Part shown: piece after piece, positions 63,729 to 64,000 of the stretch | Layout of the letters: every line of letters begins with the position of its first letter | Position numbering within the stretch: position 1 is the stretch's first letter | Assembly: GCA_963739295.1 (NCBI GenBank) | Contig: CAVTZS010000015.1 | Coordinates: 13,574-77,573 of the forward strand | Length of the DNA stretch: 64,000 nt | Reading direction: 5' to 3' | DNA from: an uncultured delta proteobacterium | GTDB lineage: Bacteria > Desulfobacterota > Desulfobaccia > Desulfobaccales > 0-14-0-80-60-11 | Program-made: the position numbers and the translations under genes | The notes under the pieces: model-generated | Databases searched by the model: none | What the model was told of the DNA's origin: nothing | Seen by the model: only the letters and a program-made list of their open reading frames with translations

Positions 63729-64000
63729 TCAAAAGAAATCGCTTTTTTTGAAGACCAGGGGTTGGGCTTGGGGGTGAAGGACTTTGGCGTCCACCACTTC
63801 CCCCACAAAGAGGGTGTGGTCCCCGGCAGGAAAAGTGTCCACCAGCTTCAGATCCAGGTAGGCGTAAGCTTGGGGCAGGATGGGAGCTCCGGTGGTGGCG
63901 GTGACATATTCCAGGCCGGCAAATTTGTCCACCTTGCGGCCGCTCTTGTATCCGAAGCGTTTCCCCAACTCCACCTGGTCGCTGGTGAGCACATTGATGG
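63729..64000 (-). CDS. flavin reductase-like domain protein, 5' end runs off the right edge
   Basis: ...INVLTSDQVELGKRFGYKSGRKVDKFAGLEY...AGDHTLFVGEVVDAKVL. Confidence 0.6.
   Translation of the reverse strand, partial: INVLTSDQVELGKRFGYKSGRKVDKFAGLEYVTATTGAPILPQAYAYLDLKLVDTFPAGDHTLFVGEVVDAKVLHPQAQPLVFKKSDFF

Noticed and set aside
63302-63808. 168-aa minus-strand ORF
   Set aside because: Its N-terminal half translates an AT-rich spacer and its C-terminal part overlaps nfi convergently. Only the central Cys-rich 63302..63574 segment was kept, as a low-confidence feature.

Overview
GC-rich, gene-dense 64 kb bacterial chromosomal segment. It is mostly core metabolism: guaA, thiDN, yggS, tatD, folC, livHMGF, apgM, malQ plus a GH13 enzyme, an SbcCD-like YhaO/YhaN pair, cydAB, cobO and cobUTS, prfB and nfi. 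The gene content suggests an anaerobic Desulfobacterota-like organism: a sigma-54 activator, a PEP-CTERM protein, a c-di-GMP riboswitch, an AmmeMemoRadiSam radical SAM enzyme, an HdrD-like Fe-S protein and an archaeal-type apgM. That assignment is inference only.

Main observations:
1. 52.6-60.8 kb holds four genes with five in-frame TGA codons at conserved-Cys positions, each followed by a SECIS-like hairpin. The genes are a rhodanese-DsbD-thioredoxin fusion with a UxxxxU loop, a small Trx-fold protein, an ArsM-like methyltransferase and an HdrD/GlpC-like Fe-S protein. This looks like a selenoprotein-rich redox locus.
2. A modular ~190 bp three-hairpin intergenic repeat, with shorter solo derivatives, occurs about 19 times. 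Its stems show compensatory base changes, and several copies supply ORF termini.
3. A visibly AT-rich two-gene cassette (HTH-ImmA/IrrE metallopeptidase plus DUF4411 PIN-like protein) lies between cobS and prfB. It has a consensus sigma-70 promoter and 13 bp direct repeats.
4. A GEMM-I (c-di-GMP-I) riboswitch with a terminator drives a PEP-CTERM protein cassette wedged inside the liv operon.
5. A decayed island lies 3' of tRNA-His, with integrase, qNOR and radical SAM remnants and a GT-C glycosyltransferase-like gene.
6. Heptanucleotide tandem arrays sit just after three stop codons.
7. Five indel-type frame breaks interrupt housekeeping genes. These are probably assembly errors, and they lower trust in every ORF boundary in the window.

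No rRNA and no CRISPR array were seen.
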